Source: a virus. Taken from it: a stretch of 29,218 nt of DNA. Where the stretch lies: the UHGV virus genome UHGV-0177389. One strand, written 5' to 3'. Under the pieces are notes generated by a model, which did no database searches, was not told where the DNA came from, and saw nothing but the letters and a program-made list of their open reading frames with translations. The position numbers were made by a program, and so were the translations under genes. Below, in pieces: positions 18,983 to 26,062 of the stretch. Position 1 is the first letter of the stretch, and the number at the start of each line of letters is the position of its first letter.

Positions 18983-19088
18983 TCCACGCCAGATTGATTA
19001 ATGACTCCCAGGTAATATAAACCCGGATACCAGCAACCAGGCCGAAACCAATCACCATGGCATAAAGCAGAGCGTTGCACTTGTTCAT
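18966..19088 (-). CDS. small hydrophobic protein (40 aa), putative membrane peptide
   Basis: Manual translation MNKCNALLYAMVIGFGLVAGIRVYITWESLINLAWSAIRG; ATG overlaps the upstream stop (ATGA) with GGAGGTGA 7 nt upstream; below the ORF-track size cut-off. Confidence 0.4.
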   Translation of the reverse strand: MNKCNALLYAMVIGFGLVAGIRVYITWESLINLAWSAIRG

Positions 19089-19855
19089 CACTTCACCTCC
19101 TGCGGCGGTTCTGGTAGCGGCATCCAGTGGGTTACTTTCGATGCCGGTTCTTCCCCATCGTCAGTAACTGCCCACCATTTGTTTCTCGACCAATCGTAAT
19201 ACCCTTCGAAGGTATCGCACTCAGTCCAGCCGTAAGACTTACCCCAACACCAAACATACTGTTTATCGTTCGGCATTCGCTCACTACAGCTTATCCAACC
19301 ATCCGGAGTTGCCGGAGTTGGTCCATCGAATTCGGGCATGTCAGGACCTTTTCTGATAGCTTTAGCCAGCTCCAGCGGGTCATCGTAAAGCCAGTCGCCA
19401 GTTTGTGGGTGATTTGCTTCTGCAAGCTGCGCAGCCCATTCAAGACCATCTTTTTGACCTTGGAGATAATCAAGCGGCAACTCTTCATGATTACTTGCAG
19501 GTTCGGCACTATGAAGCATGGCAGCGCGGCAGGCGTTCCAGCCTCTTACCTCTGCAATAGCGGCAACCGCATCAACCGCGTACATGCTAAGAGGATTAGG
19601 AATTGGTTTTTCTTCCGGTACTACTGGCGCTGGAGGGGTGGCGTAGAGTGGAACTCCTCCCCCTCCACCAGAAAATTCATTGCGAGCGTTATACTCACGA
19701 CCATCTGCGTCATCACGCATCCACGCCACCGGCTCTGCTTCCAGCGATGCCAGAGCAATTTCATAAGCACGGCGCTCAATATTGTCTCGCACGTCCAGGC
19801 TGCCGATTCGCTCTTTGATTTCTTTAATCAGTTCTTTGTCGGTAAAAGTGGTCAT
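19088..19855 (-). CDS. DUF551-type prophage protein (255 aa)
   Basis: ORF track; Trp-rich C-terminal region (WISCSERMPNDKQYVWCWGK...WMPLPEPP) recalled as typical of DUF551; GGAGAG RBS. Confidence 0.6.
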   Translation of the reverse strand: MTTFTDKELIKEIKERIGSLDVRDNIERRAYEIALASLEAEPVAWMRDDADGREYNARNEFSGGGGGVPLYATPPAPVVPEEKPIPNPLSMYAVDAVAAIAEVRGWNACRAAMLHSAEPASNHEELPLDYLQGQKDGLEWAAQLAEANHPQTGDWLYDDPLELAKAIRKGPDMPEFDGPTPATPDGWISCSERMPNDKQYVWCWGKSYGWTECDTFEGYYDWSRNKWWAVTDDGEEPASKVTHWMPLPEPPQEVK

Positions 19856-19856
19856 G

Positions 19857-20675
19857 TCACTCTCCTTTGATGCGAATGCCAGCGTCAGACATCATATGCA
19901 GATACTCAACTGCATCCTGAACCCATTGACCGCCAATCCCGTAATAGCGATGCGTAATGATGTCGATAGTTACTAACGGGTCTTGTTCGATTAACTTCCG
20001 CAGAAACTCTTCCAGGTCACCAGTGCAGTGCTTGATGACAGGAGTTTTCCCAGGATGGCGAACAACAAGAAACTGATTTCCGACTTCACGGACTTCGTTG
20101 CTTTTCAGTTCTGCAATGCGCTTCTCTGAGGCTTCCAGCTTCTCTCGCATATCGTCAACGTACTCGACCAGAGAACCGCCAGCAGGAATTTCGCACTCCT
20201 CGACCAGTTGGAAGTAGATATCAGCTGCGGCCCGTGTGTTGCTATGCCTAGCGTCGCCCATCTCACCTTCACGAAGAGCATCGCGTTCGGCGGTAAGATT
20301 GGCTATTTTGCTGTCTTTGCCTTCCAGCTCAACGCGCAGCTTCCCTACCGTTAGCGCAATATCCTCGTTCTCCTGGTCGCGGCGTTTGATGTATTGCTGG
20401 TTTCTTTCCCGTTCATCCAGTAATGCCAAGACGGTAGCCGGATTAGCTGCGGCGATGAATTCAGCATTGGCCTGCTGTTCCATTTGGAAATCTTCATCGA
20501 AACCGCTTTCAGGATGCGCTCCTTCAATTCTGCAAATGGGAAGATATCCAACAACGTCACGATGAATTAGCGCATCATCACAATCAAATCGGCTCTCTCC
20601 ATATTCGAGCGACCATACACCACACGTTGCTTTTTCTGCCTTGGCACGCAGTGCCTGATAGTCAATCTTGCTCAT
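19857..20675 (-). CDS. Ea22/ead-like prophage protein (272 aa), probable
   Basis: ORF track; N-terminus MSKIDYQALRAKAEKAT recalled as Ea22-like; central coiled-coil-like region. Confidence 0.5.
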   Translation of the reverse strand: MSKIDYQALRAKAEKATCGVWSLEYGESRFDCDDALIHRDVVGYLPICRIEGAHPESGFDEDFQMEQQANAEFIAAANPATVLALLDERERNQQYIKRRDQENEDIALTVGKLRVELEGKDSKIANLTAERDALREGEMGDARHSNTRAAADIYFQLVEECEIPAGGSLVEYVDDMREKLEASEKRIAELKSNEVREVGNQFLVVRHPGKTPVIKHCTGDLEEFLRKLIEQDPLVTIDIITHRYYGIGGQWVQDAVEYLHMMSDAGIRIKGE

Positions 20676-20676
20676 G

Positions 20677-20976
20677 TCACATCACCCTGAATCCGTTGCA
20701 TTTACGTAAAAAATCGCAGATATAGCCCTTCATTTTTTCATGCCAATCCCGATCATTCCCATTGCACCAACCATCAGGTGGAGTCCAGTTTTCTATCAGA
20801 GCAGCCATTTTCTTTGCTTTCGCCGGAGTAGCTGTTGCGGTATCGCAGTAATGACGAGTGTCAACAAACTTATCCATGCCATCGATATCAAGTACGCAAA
20901 ACCATGTGTGATTCGGCATTTCAACAGATGGTATTTGTTGCCCACGTCGACGTTTATCAATAAGACATACAGTCAT
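20677..20976 (-). CDS. hypothetical protein (99 aa)
   Basis: ORF track; AAGGTGG RBS; ATGA overlap with the upstream gene. Confidence 0.45.
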   Translation of the reverse strand: MTVCLIDKRRRGQQIPSVEMPNHTWFCVLDIDGMDKFVDTRHYCDTATATPAKAKKMAALIENWTPPDGWCNGNDRDWHEKMKGYICDFLRKCNGFRVM

Positions 20977-21518
20977 GGTTCCACCTTCTCTATTTGCTTA
21001 AGACCGTCTCTCACTGCATTAAGTACGCGTTCCAGATACTGGTATTTCGGGTTTGGTATCGTTGGCCAGTTGGCATACCACGGCTCATCACCAAAGAGAT
21101 TCAGTAGTTTGTTACCGACGCCGAAACAGCAGCAGCTTTCTTTTACGTCATCGGCGTTTTCCGCCTCGTACCACATTTCGCGAGCCAGTACGGCGTCGAT
21201 TTCTCTCTCTCTTCGTAACTTTATGATTTCTGACTTCACGAAAAGCAGATTTGCATCGTTGTCATCGTCGACCGTGCTTCGCAGTTGAGGGTCGAAATTG
21301 TCGATTAGATAGTCGTTGCTGACTCGCTTAATGAACGTCTGCACATCATCACCGCCCATAGCAAACCAAGCCGCAGTCCACGCTTTTCCGTAGCAGGTGA
21401 TGGTGATTCTTCCCTTTCCAGGTTCATAGTTTTCAATCATCACTCGAACCGGATCTAGTCTCTCTGCACCGGTTATAACGAATGACAACACATCAATCTT
21501 TTCAACCGTTACACTCAC
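20973..21518 (-). CDS. hypothetical protein (181 aa)
   Basis: ORF track 20973..21551 trimmed to GTG at 21518, which overlaps the upstream stop with GGAGG upstream; acidic, contains CCC. Confidence 0.45.
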   Translation of the reverse strand: MSVTVEKIDVLSFVITGAERLDPVRVMIENYEPGKGRITITCYGKAWTAAWFAMGGDDVQTFIKRVSNDYLIDNFDPQLRSTVDDDNDANLLFVKSEIIKLRREREIDAVLAREMWYEAENADDVKESCCCFGVGNKLLNLFGDEPWYANWPTIPNPKYQYLERVLNAVRDGLKQIEKVEP

Positions 21519-21994
21519 TGGTTGCCTCCTTTGCGAAGCTGTTCCGCACAATGCAGCAGGGCGTCCGTCGCATATTTAAGCCTCACTAGCTCACCATCAT
21601 CCATTCCCGCGAGATTCGCGTGTTTAACGAACGCCGAGCAAAGGTCATTAAACGCCTGCGCACGTACTTCAGCCAGGAAAGCATCGGTGGCTGGAGTTTC
21701 GATATCGTTAATTTCAGGAAGAATCTCTTCCCATGTAGCGATATCGCCATTCAAATGCCATCCGGCAATTCCACTGGAGTTATCCGCAACACTCCGAACG
21801 GCTTCAATAGTTTCATGCATTGCCGCACTCTCCGCCGCCAGCGCATTAGCACGCACCAGTTGCACTTCCAGTTGCGTTGCCAAATCGCTGATCAGCTTTG
21901 CCACACTGCGCATATCAACGGCACCACATTCTGCTTTCAGTTCCGAAGCCATCTCATGCCCGGCGGCAACTAACCCTTTGATATTACTTTCCAT
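21515..21994 (-). CDS. hypothetical protein (159 aa), possibly Ea22/ead-like
   Basis: ORF track; GAGGG RBS; segment TDAFLAEVRAQ recalled from Ea22-like proteins. Confidence 0.45.
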   Translation of the reverse strand: MESNIKGLVAAGHEMASELKAECGAVDMRSVAKLISDLATQLEVQLVRANALAAESAAMHETIEAVRSVADNSSGIAGWHLNGDIATWEEILPEINDIETPATDAFLAEVRAQAFNDLCSAFVKHANLAGMDDGELVRLKYATDALLHCAEQLRKGGNQ

Positions 21995-22055
21995 CTTTAC
22001 CCTCGCTTATCCACATAACTTATTGATTACATTGATAACTAAATAGATCGTCGAT

Positions 22056-22403
22056 TCAGAACTCTTCGATGTTCCAGCCACCACCTGCTTTCTTTGGTTT
22101 AACCGTTACCCCGATGATTCGGAACGGATACTGATCTGCGGCGACTTTGGTTTTCACTCTGGCGTCATCGGTCCAGAATCCCCCTTTCACTTCGTGCAGC
22201 TCCATCTCGCCGGTGGCGAGCATCACAGCGAAATCGGGCGTATAGAACGTGTTATTAGCTAACCGCAGCTTGATACCCTCGAATCGATACCAGGCGATTT
22301 CCCCTGCACGTTTACGCAGCTCAAGGTGCTGGCAATACGCAGATTCTGTTTTGTTCATCTGGCCTGTTTTGAGTCGACCAAGAGCCTGTATCTGTTTTCT
22401 CAT
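22056..22403 (-). CDS. putative PD-(D/E)xK nuclease-fold protein (115 aa, DUF1064-like)
   Basis: ORF track; AAGGGG RBS; candidate motif TPDF...ELHEVKGG; first gene after the internal operator-flanked promoter. Confidence 0.45.
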   Translation of the reverse strand: MRKQIQALGRLKTGQMNKTESAYCQHLELRKRAGEIAWYRFEGIKLRLANNTFYTPDFAVMLATGEMELHEVKGGFWTDDARVKTKVAADQYPFRIIGVTVKPKKAGGGWNIEEF

Positions 22404-22406
22404 GAT

Positions 22407-22483
22407 TTACCCCTTAGGTAATTAAAAACCACATAAGACATGAAATCAATAGAGATTAGAACATTTTATTACCTTCCAGGTAA
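22407..22483 (-). promoter_or_regulatory. internal promoter flanked by two TTACC-N5-GGTAA operators
   Basis: Minus strand reads operator (22469-22483), 19 nt, -35 TTGATT (22444-22449), 17 nt, -10 TTTAAT (22421-22426), operator (22407-22421), AAGGGG RBS, ATG at 22403. Confidence 0.5.
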
Positions 22484-22496
22484 TCATATAGACGTA

Positions 22497-22515
22497 AAAA
22501 AATGCGCTATCGCGC
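22497..22515 (-). terminator. weak intrinsic terminator candidate after the P-like gene
   Basis: 4-bp GC stem with 4-nt loop followed on the minus strand by ATTTTTTT; stem is short. Confidence 0.3.
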
Positions 22516-22520
22516 TGGTA

Positions 22521-23306
22521 TTACTTGATAAATCCTGCCGCCTTTCCCCGCCTGTATTCCTCCATCAGCCACTGCGCCGGTGTTATTCCCCCAAGGGTGG
22601 CGGCGTTAGGCATGCACCCGAAACTTCGCCCTGGTGGATGGTAAACGTCTCTCCCTGTGTCCGGAGGCGTACTCATGGGCTCTGGCTTTGCCTGTATGCT
22701 GATCACCGGATCGGGTATCTGCTGTCCGGAAGCCACCTTTTTCGCCCAATCATCGAGCAGCCTGCGTGCGTGTTTCTCAACCTCAATCTCGCTAAGCTGG
22801 CGCTGATACATTGCACGGCGGGTATCACATACGACCCAGTACATAACCGGATGTCGCCACGGGAATCTTTCGGGACCACCAGGATATAAACTTTTTTCCT
22901 TGCTGTACCGGTGAAACTCCGCCATCACATCGTCAATGGTGACGCCAAGAACCATCTTGCTGTCTTTGCACCACTTGATAAATTGCCCTGGAGACGGCCA
23001 GAACGGAGATTCACTGGCGCGGGCGTGGCGCATACCAGCAGAAACCTGTTCACGGGTTCGGATCCCCCCTTCGGCAAACGCAGCAATCCACTGCTGTTTT
23101 GCAGCAACTTCCTGCTCTGGCGTCTTCAGGTTGGTTACCACTGCCGCCGGAAACAGTTGTTTCAGCTGTTTAAAAAGGGCATCAACAAGCCTCTCTGCTG
23201 ACATGTTCACCACATTGTCATTGTTGACGTACTGATGCTCATAACCTGACATGCGAGAAAGGGCTTCTCCGTCACGGTTTTGTATCGCGGTAAAAACGTT
23301 GTTCAC
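22521..23306 (-). CDS. replication protein P-like (helicase loader)
   Basis: ORF track 22521..23321; GTG at 23306 preferred because GGAGGA lies 6 nt upstream and it overlaps the O-like stop; core W(I/V)xAFxExGI...GMRxAR...PFxPSPGQFxxWC matches recalled lambda P. Confidence 0.7.
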   Translation of the reverse strand: MNNVFTAIQNRDGEALSRMSGYEHQYVNNDNVVNMSAERLVDALFKQLKQLFPAAVVTNLKTPEQEVAAKQQWIAAFAEGGIRTREQVSAGMRHARASESPFWPSPGQFIKWCKDSKMVLGVTIDDVMAEFHRYSKEKSLYPGGPERFPWRHPVMYWVVCDTRRAMYQRQLSEIEVEKHARRLLDDWAKKVASGQQIPDPVISIQAKPEPMSTPPDTGRDVYHPPGRSFGCMPNAATLGGITPAQWLMEEYRRGKAAGFIK

Positions 23307-24118
23307 AAGAAATCCTCCCATGCTTCAGGGCTGTTCCAGTGCGGAACGTTGTTATCAGGTAATGTTGATTGCTTCTGTCTGCTAATCTGCAGCCGCCTTG
23401 CCAGCTTCTGCTCCCACTGTGCCTGATGGTATGCCTTACCCTCAGCCATCCAGTAAATTCTGAACTCTGCAAGTTCCTGTGCCGTTGGCAGACTGTCCAG
23501 GTAGATCCCCTGCAATGAGCTTTTCCGAAGAAAGTCATCTGATGGCTGCCATTGTTCATGCATGACAAATTTGCCTAATTGCCCTGGCCCACCAGGAGGA
23601 ACAAAGTTATTCATCACGGCGTTGTTTGCTCCGGGGTCATGAGGCACAGAATCCCCGCTTTTTGTCCTGCTCTCCCTCTCTTGGTTAAATGACTGGTTAT
23701 ATGACTGGTTCTGGATCCCGTTTTTGGGATCATTCAACATCCCGTTTTTGGGATCATTCAACATCCCGTTTTTGGGTATATTCCCGTTTTCGGTAACATT
23801 ACCGTTTTCGGGTTCATTGCCCCCCTCCCGGTTGCCTTTAATGTTCCCGTTTTTGGTTATATTAAGAGAGAAAACCCGCACTCTTTTTGTCGCTCCCTTT
23901 CTCTCTCCGGTATCTGAAATAAGCCCCATTTTCATGAGCGATATAAGCCCGGCCTGCACGGTTTTTTTATTCAGGCAAGTGTCTTTAACGAGGCGTTCTA
24001 TGCTGGGGTAGCAGAGGTTATATTCATCGGCTCTGTCAGCCATCGAGAGCAGTATGAGCTTTAATGATGAGCTACCTGGATCTGTCTCCCAGGCCCAATC
24101 TGTTGCATGTCTGCTCAT
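23303..24118 (-). CDS. replication initiator O-like protein
   Basis: ORF track; GGAG RBS; directly upstream of and overlapping the P-like gene; iteron array inside the coding sequence encodes an Asn/Gly-rich repetitive linker, as in lambda O. Confidence 0.65.
   Translation of the reverse strand: MSRHATDWAWETDPGSSSLKLILLSMADRADEYNLCYPSIERLVKDTCLNKKTVQAGLISLMKMGLISDTGERKGATKRVRVFSLNITKNGNIKGNREGGNEPENGNVTENGNIPKNGMLNDPKNGMLNDPKNGIQNQSYNQSFNQERESRTKSGDSVPHDPGANNAVMNNFVPPGGPGQLGKFVMHEQWQPSDDFLRKSSLQGIYLDSLPTAQELAEFRIYWMAEGKAYHQAQWEQKLARRLQISRQKQSTLPDNNVPHWNSPEAWEDFL
23712..23862. repeat. iteron array, putative origin of replication inside the O-like gene
   Basis: At least six direct repeats with core CCCGTTTT(T)GG; the first three are 24-bp units starting at 23717, 23741 and 23765. 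Confidence 0.65.
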
Positions 24119-24133
24119 GATTAATCTCCGCTA

Positions 24134-24334
24134 TCAGCTTGAATGTTGTGGGGAGGAATTAATCATGATCTGCTTAATCTCTGCCCTGATACGACGGTTT
24201 GATTCCATGGTGCACTCAACACAGTGTCCGTTGTAAACCCAGCGTTCACTGTCATGTCCGTGCTTACATGTTTTTCCGGTGTAGTAGCGTTTAAGTCCGC
24301 GCTTTGCGGCATCAATACGTGTAATGATTTCCAT
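24134..24334 (-). CDS. small putative zinc-binding protein (66 aa) at the cII position
   Basis: ORF track 24134..24397 (TTG start) trimmed to ATG at 24334; motif CKHGH...CVEC; stop overlaps region just upstream of the O-like start. Confidence 0.4.
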   Translation of the reverse strand: MEIITRIDAAKRGLKRYYTGKTCKHGHDSERWVYNGHCVECTMESNRRIRAEIKQIMINSSPQHSS

Positions 24335-24414
24335 GGTAAGCCCTGTTATTAGTATTGGGATTACGGTCATTTTGTGCTGACACAAAAAAAATATCAACCA
24401 TATTTGGTTTTTTA

Positions 24415-24429
24415 TTACCTTTGAGGTAC
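24415..24429. promoter_or_regulatory. imperfect operator-like site TTACC-TTTGA-GGTAC with downstream -35-like TTGATA
   Basis: Seen in sequence; on the minus strand reads site, 18 nt, TTGATA, 17 nt, CAAAAT (weak -10). Confidence 0.3.
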
Positions 24430-24440
24430 GAATAGATATG

Positions 24441-24462
24441 AAAAGACCGCCGGGTGGCGGTC
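24441..24462 (-). terminator. intrinsic terminator candidate after the cro-like gene (tR1-like position)
   Basis: 7-bp stem GACCGCC/GGCGGTC followed on the minus strand by TTTTCATATCTATT, about 23 nt after the cro-like stop. Confidence 0.5.
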
Positions 24463-24484
24463 TACAGAGGGTTGTAGCTGGATA

Positions 24485-24715
24485 TCATGAGTAGAAGAAG
24501 TATGCCAGTTCTGCTTTTGAGCGCAGCCATTGTCTTGTTTTACAGGCTTTAAAAAGCCCATTCATCAATACTTTACCTGGCATTTTGCGCTTACCTGTTA
24601 AGTGAGTCTGGATATAGTGACTCGTCGTTCCGGCTTCCTGTGCGAAGGCTTCACGCTCATCCGGAGTAAGTGCAAGCCAGTGCTTTTTGAAATCGAAATG
24701 TCCGTTATCGCTCAT
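24485..24715 (-). CDS. Cro-like HTH DNA-binding protein (76 aa)
   Basis: ORF track; divergent from the repressor gene across an operator-containing intergenic region; HTH-like segment AGTTSHYIQTHLTGKR. Confidence 0.55.
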   Translation of the reverse strand: MSDNGHFDFKKHWLALTPDEREAFAQEAGTTSHYIQTHLTGKRKMPGKVLMNGLFKACKTRQWLRSKAELAYFFYS

Positions 24716-24751
24716 AGCTATTGCCTGATATTTATTTCAGATAATAAATAT

Positions 24752-24814
24752 TCACCCATAAGGTAACAAAAATCAAGGATAGTTACCCATGAGGTGCATT
24801 TACCTGTTGGGTAA
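24752..24814. promoter_or_regulatory. right operator region: three TTACC-N5-GGTAA-type sites plus cro-like promoter
   Basis: Sites at 24752-24766 (TCACC-CATAA-GGTAA), 24783-24797 (TTACC-CATGA-GGTGC) and 24800-24814 (perfect); minus-strand -35 TTGATT (24771-24776) and -10 GAATAT (24748-24753), 17-nt spacer. Confidence 0.55.
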
Positions 24815-24869
24815 TATTGCTTTAAATTGAATCATCTACTGATTCATATATGAGGCGATTTTCCAGAAA

Positions 24870-25454
24870 ATGAAAAGTATCCAGGACGTCCGCAGGCAAA
24901 ATCTCAACGACTTGATCGACCGTGAATTCAATGGTGTTCAGACGCGGATGGCTGAAAAACTTGGAACTCAGGCAAATCTGGTAAACCGCTGGGCTCTTGG
25001 TAAGAAGGTTATCGGCGATCAGGTTGCGCGAAAAATTGAAGCTGCCGCCAATAAACCCCGTAACTGGCTTGATATCGATCGCTCGCTTTCTCAGGAAGGT
25101 TTTCAGCCTGTCGGCCCAAGCGACATTGGCCAGCTGGCGGCTCACAACCTGGAACGCTGGATGAGCGAAAGCCGCGACCTTTCAACACAGGGAAAACTTC
25201 ACCGCGCATCCGGCGTAGCCCAGGTGACAATCAGCCGCCTGTTAAACAATGAGGTCAGCGTTTCCATTTCCACCCTGGAGAATGTTGCATCCGCATTCGG
25301 GCGTCACGGCTATGAATTACTGATTCACCCGCACGACCCTGCGACCATCAACTATGATCGCTCGCGCTACGCATTGTTACCCGAAACCGAGAAAGCAAAG
25401 ATCGAAAGTTACATTGAATTTGTCATCAACCAGAACGAAAAAAACAAACAATAA
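24870..25454 (+). CDS. prophage repressor (194 aa) with two predicted HTH segments and no recognisable S24 peptidase domain
   Basis: ORF track; HTH-like TRMAEKLGTQANLVNRW and ASGVAQVTISRLLNNE; divergent from the cro-like gene; operators on both sides. Confidence 0.6.
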   Translation: MKSIQDVRRQNLNDLIDREFNGVQTRMAEKLGTQANLVNRWALGKKVIGDQVARKIEAAANKPRNWLDIDRSLSQEGFQPVGPSDIGQLAAHNLERWMSESRDLSTQGKLHRASGVAQVTISRLLNNEVSVSISTLENVASAFGRHGYELLIHPHDPATINYDRSRYALLPETEKAKIESYIEFVINQNEKNKQ

Positions 25455-25475
25455 AACCATATTTTTCAGTAAGTA

Positions 25476-25499
25476 AGCCGCCTTATGGCGGCTTTTTTA
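25476..25499 (+). terminator. intrinsic terminator after the repressor gene
   Basis: 7-bp stem AGCCGCC/GGCGGCT with 4-nt loop followed by TTTTTTA, 22 nt after the stop. Confidence 0.65.
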
Positions 25500-25511
25500 T
25501 TGCCTATTCGA

Positions 25512-25588
25512 TTACCTAACGGGTAATTTTTTTAACTCATATCTATTGACATCAAACCATATACGCATAATTATTACCTCAACGGTAA
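25512..25588 (+). promoter_or_regulatory. left operator region: two perfect TTACC-N5-GGTAA sites flanking a promoter
   Basis: Sites at 25512-25526 and 25574-25588; -35 TTGACA at 25546-25551; -10-like AATTAT about 17 nt downstream; precedes the plus-strand early operon. Confidence 0.55.
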
Positions 25589-25607
25589 CAGACCGAGGTA
25601 ACAAGTT

Positions 25608-25760
25608 ATGCAGTGGAAAATCATCAACGGTTGGTACTGCGTTACTGCATGCGGATTCATGAGCTGGAAGTTCCGCACCTTACAGGAAGGCATTAAGTGG
25701 GCTTTCGTCAGCAAAGAAGCTCGCGATGTGGCCAACGATAACGAGATATGGGAGGGCTGA
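25608..25760 (+). CDS. small Trp/Cys-containing protein (50 aa), first ORF after the left promoter
   Basis: Manual translation MQWKIINGWYCVTACGFMSWKFRTLQEGIKWAFVSKEARDVANDNEIWEG; GAGGTAAC upstream of ATG; below the ORF-track size cut-off. Confidence 0.35.
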   Translation: MQWKIINGWYCVTACGFMSWKFRTLQEGIKWAFVSKEARDVANDNEIWEG

Positions 25761-25762
25761 TA

Positions 25763-26062
25763 ATGAACGTTAATCAGCAGAAAAATCTTCAAAAAATCAT
25801 GCTGGCATTCGACAAGGACTACCGTCTGTCAGAACAGCTATATGACCGACAAGTTGAACTGATTGAGAGTATCCGGCTTCATCAACTGGCATCAACTTTC
25901 GACGTTGTAACAGTTAAAGGCGTTCGCCAGGAAGTACTGGAGGCTGCTAAAGACAGCCCTGAGTTCGAAGAACTGATGGATGCCTATCGGCGAGAGGCAA
26001 TGGCAATTATCGCCCGCTGGGATCTGGCGGATCAGCTTGATGGACAGAGGGACGCGGCATGA
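25763..26062 (+). CDS. hypothetical protein (99 aa)
   Basis: ORF track 25748..26062 trimmed to ATG at 25763 with GGAGGG 6 nt upstream; ATGA overlap with the next gene. Confidence 0.45.
   Translation: MNVNQQKNLQKIMLAFDKDYRLSEQLYDRQVELIESIRLHQLASTFDVVTVKGVRQEVLEAAKDSPEFEELMDAYRREAMAIIARWDLADQLDGQRDAA

Noticed and set aside
19851-19860. Partial match TCATGTCAC to the GTGACATGTCAC palindrome (also at 20671-20680)
   Set aside because: Both are explained by stop/start coding junctions (TGA, C, ATG) rather than a separate element
19127-19870. 247-aa plus-strand ORF antisense to the DUF551 gene
   Set aside because: GTG-initiated antisense frame across a convincing gene; no RBS or motif
23307-23321. 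ATG at 23321 as the P-like gene start
   Set aside because: No Shine-Dalgarno upstream, whereas GTG at 23306 has GGAGGA 6 nt upstream and gives an N-terminal length matching lambda P
23712-23862. Possible CRISPR array
   Set aside because: Repeats are iteron-like, few and irregular, lie inside a coding sequence and have no unique spacers; interpreted as a replication origin
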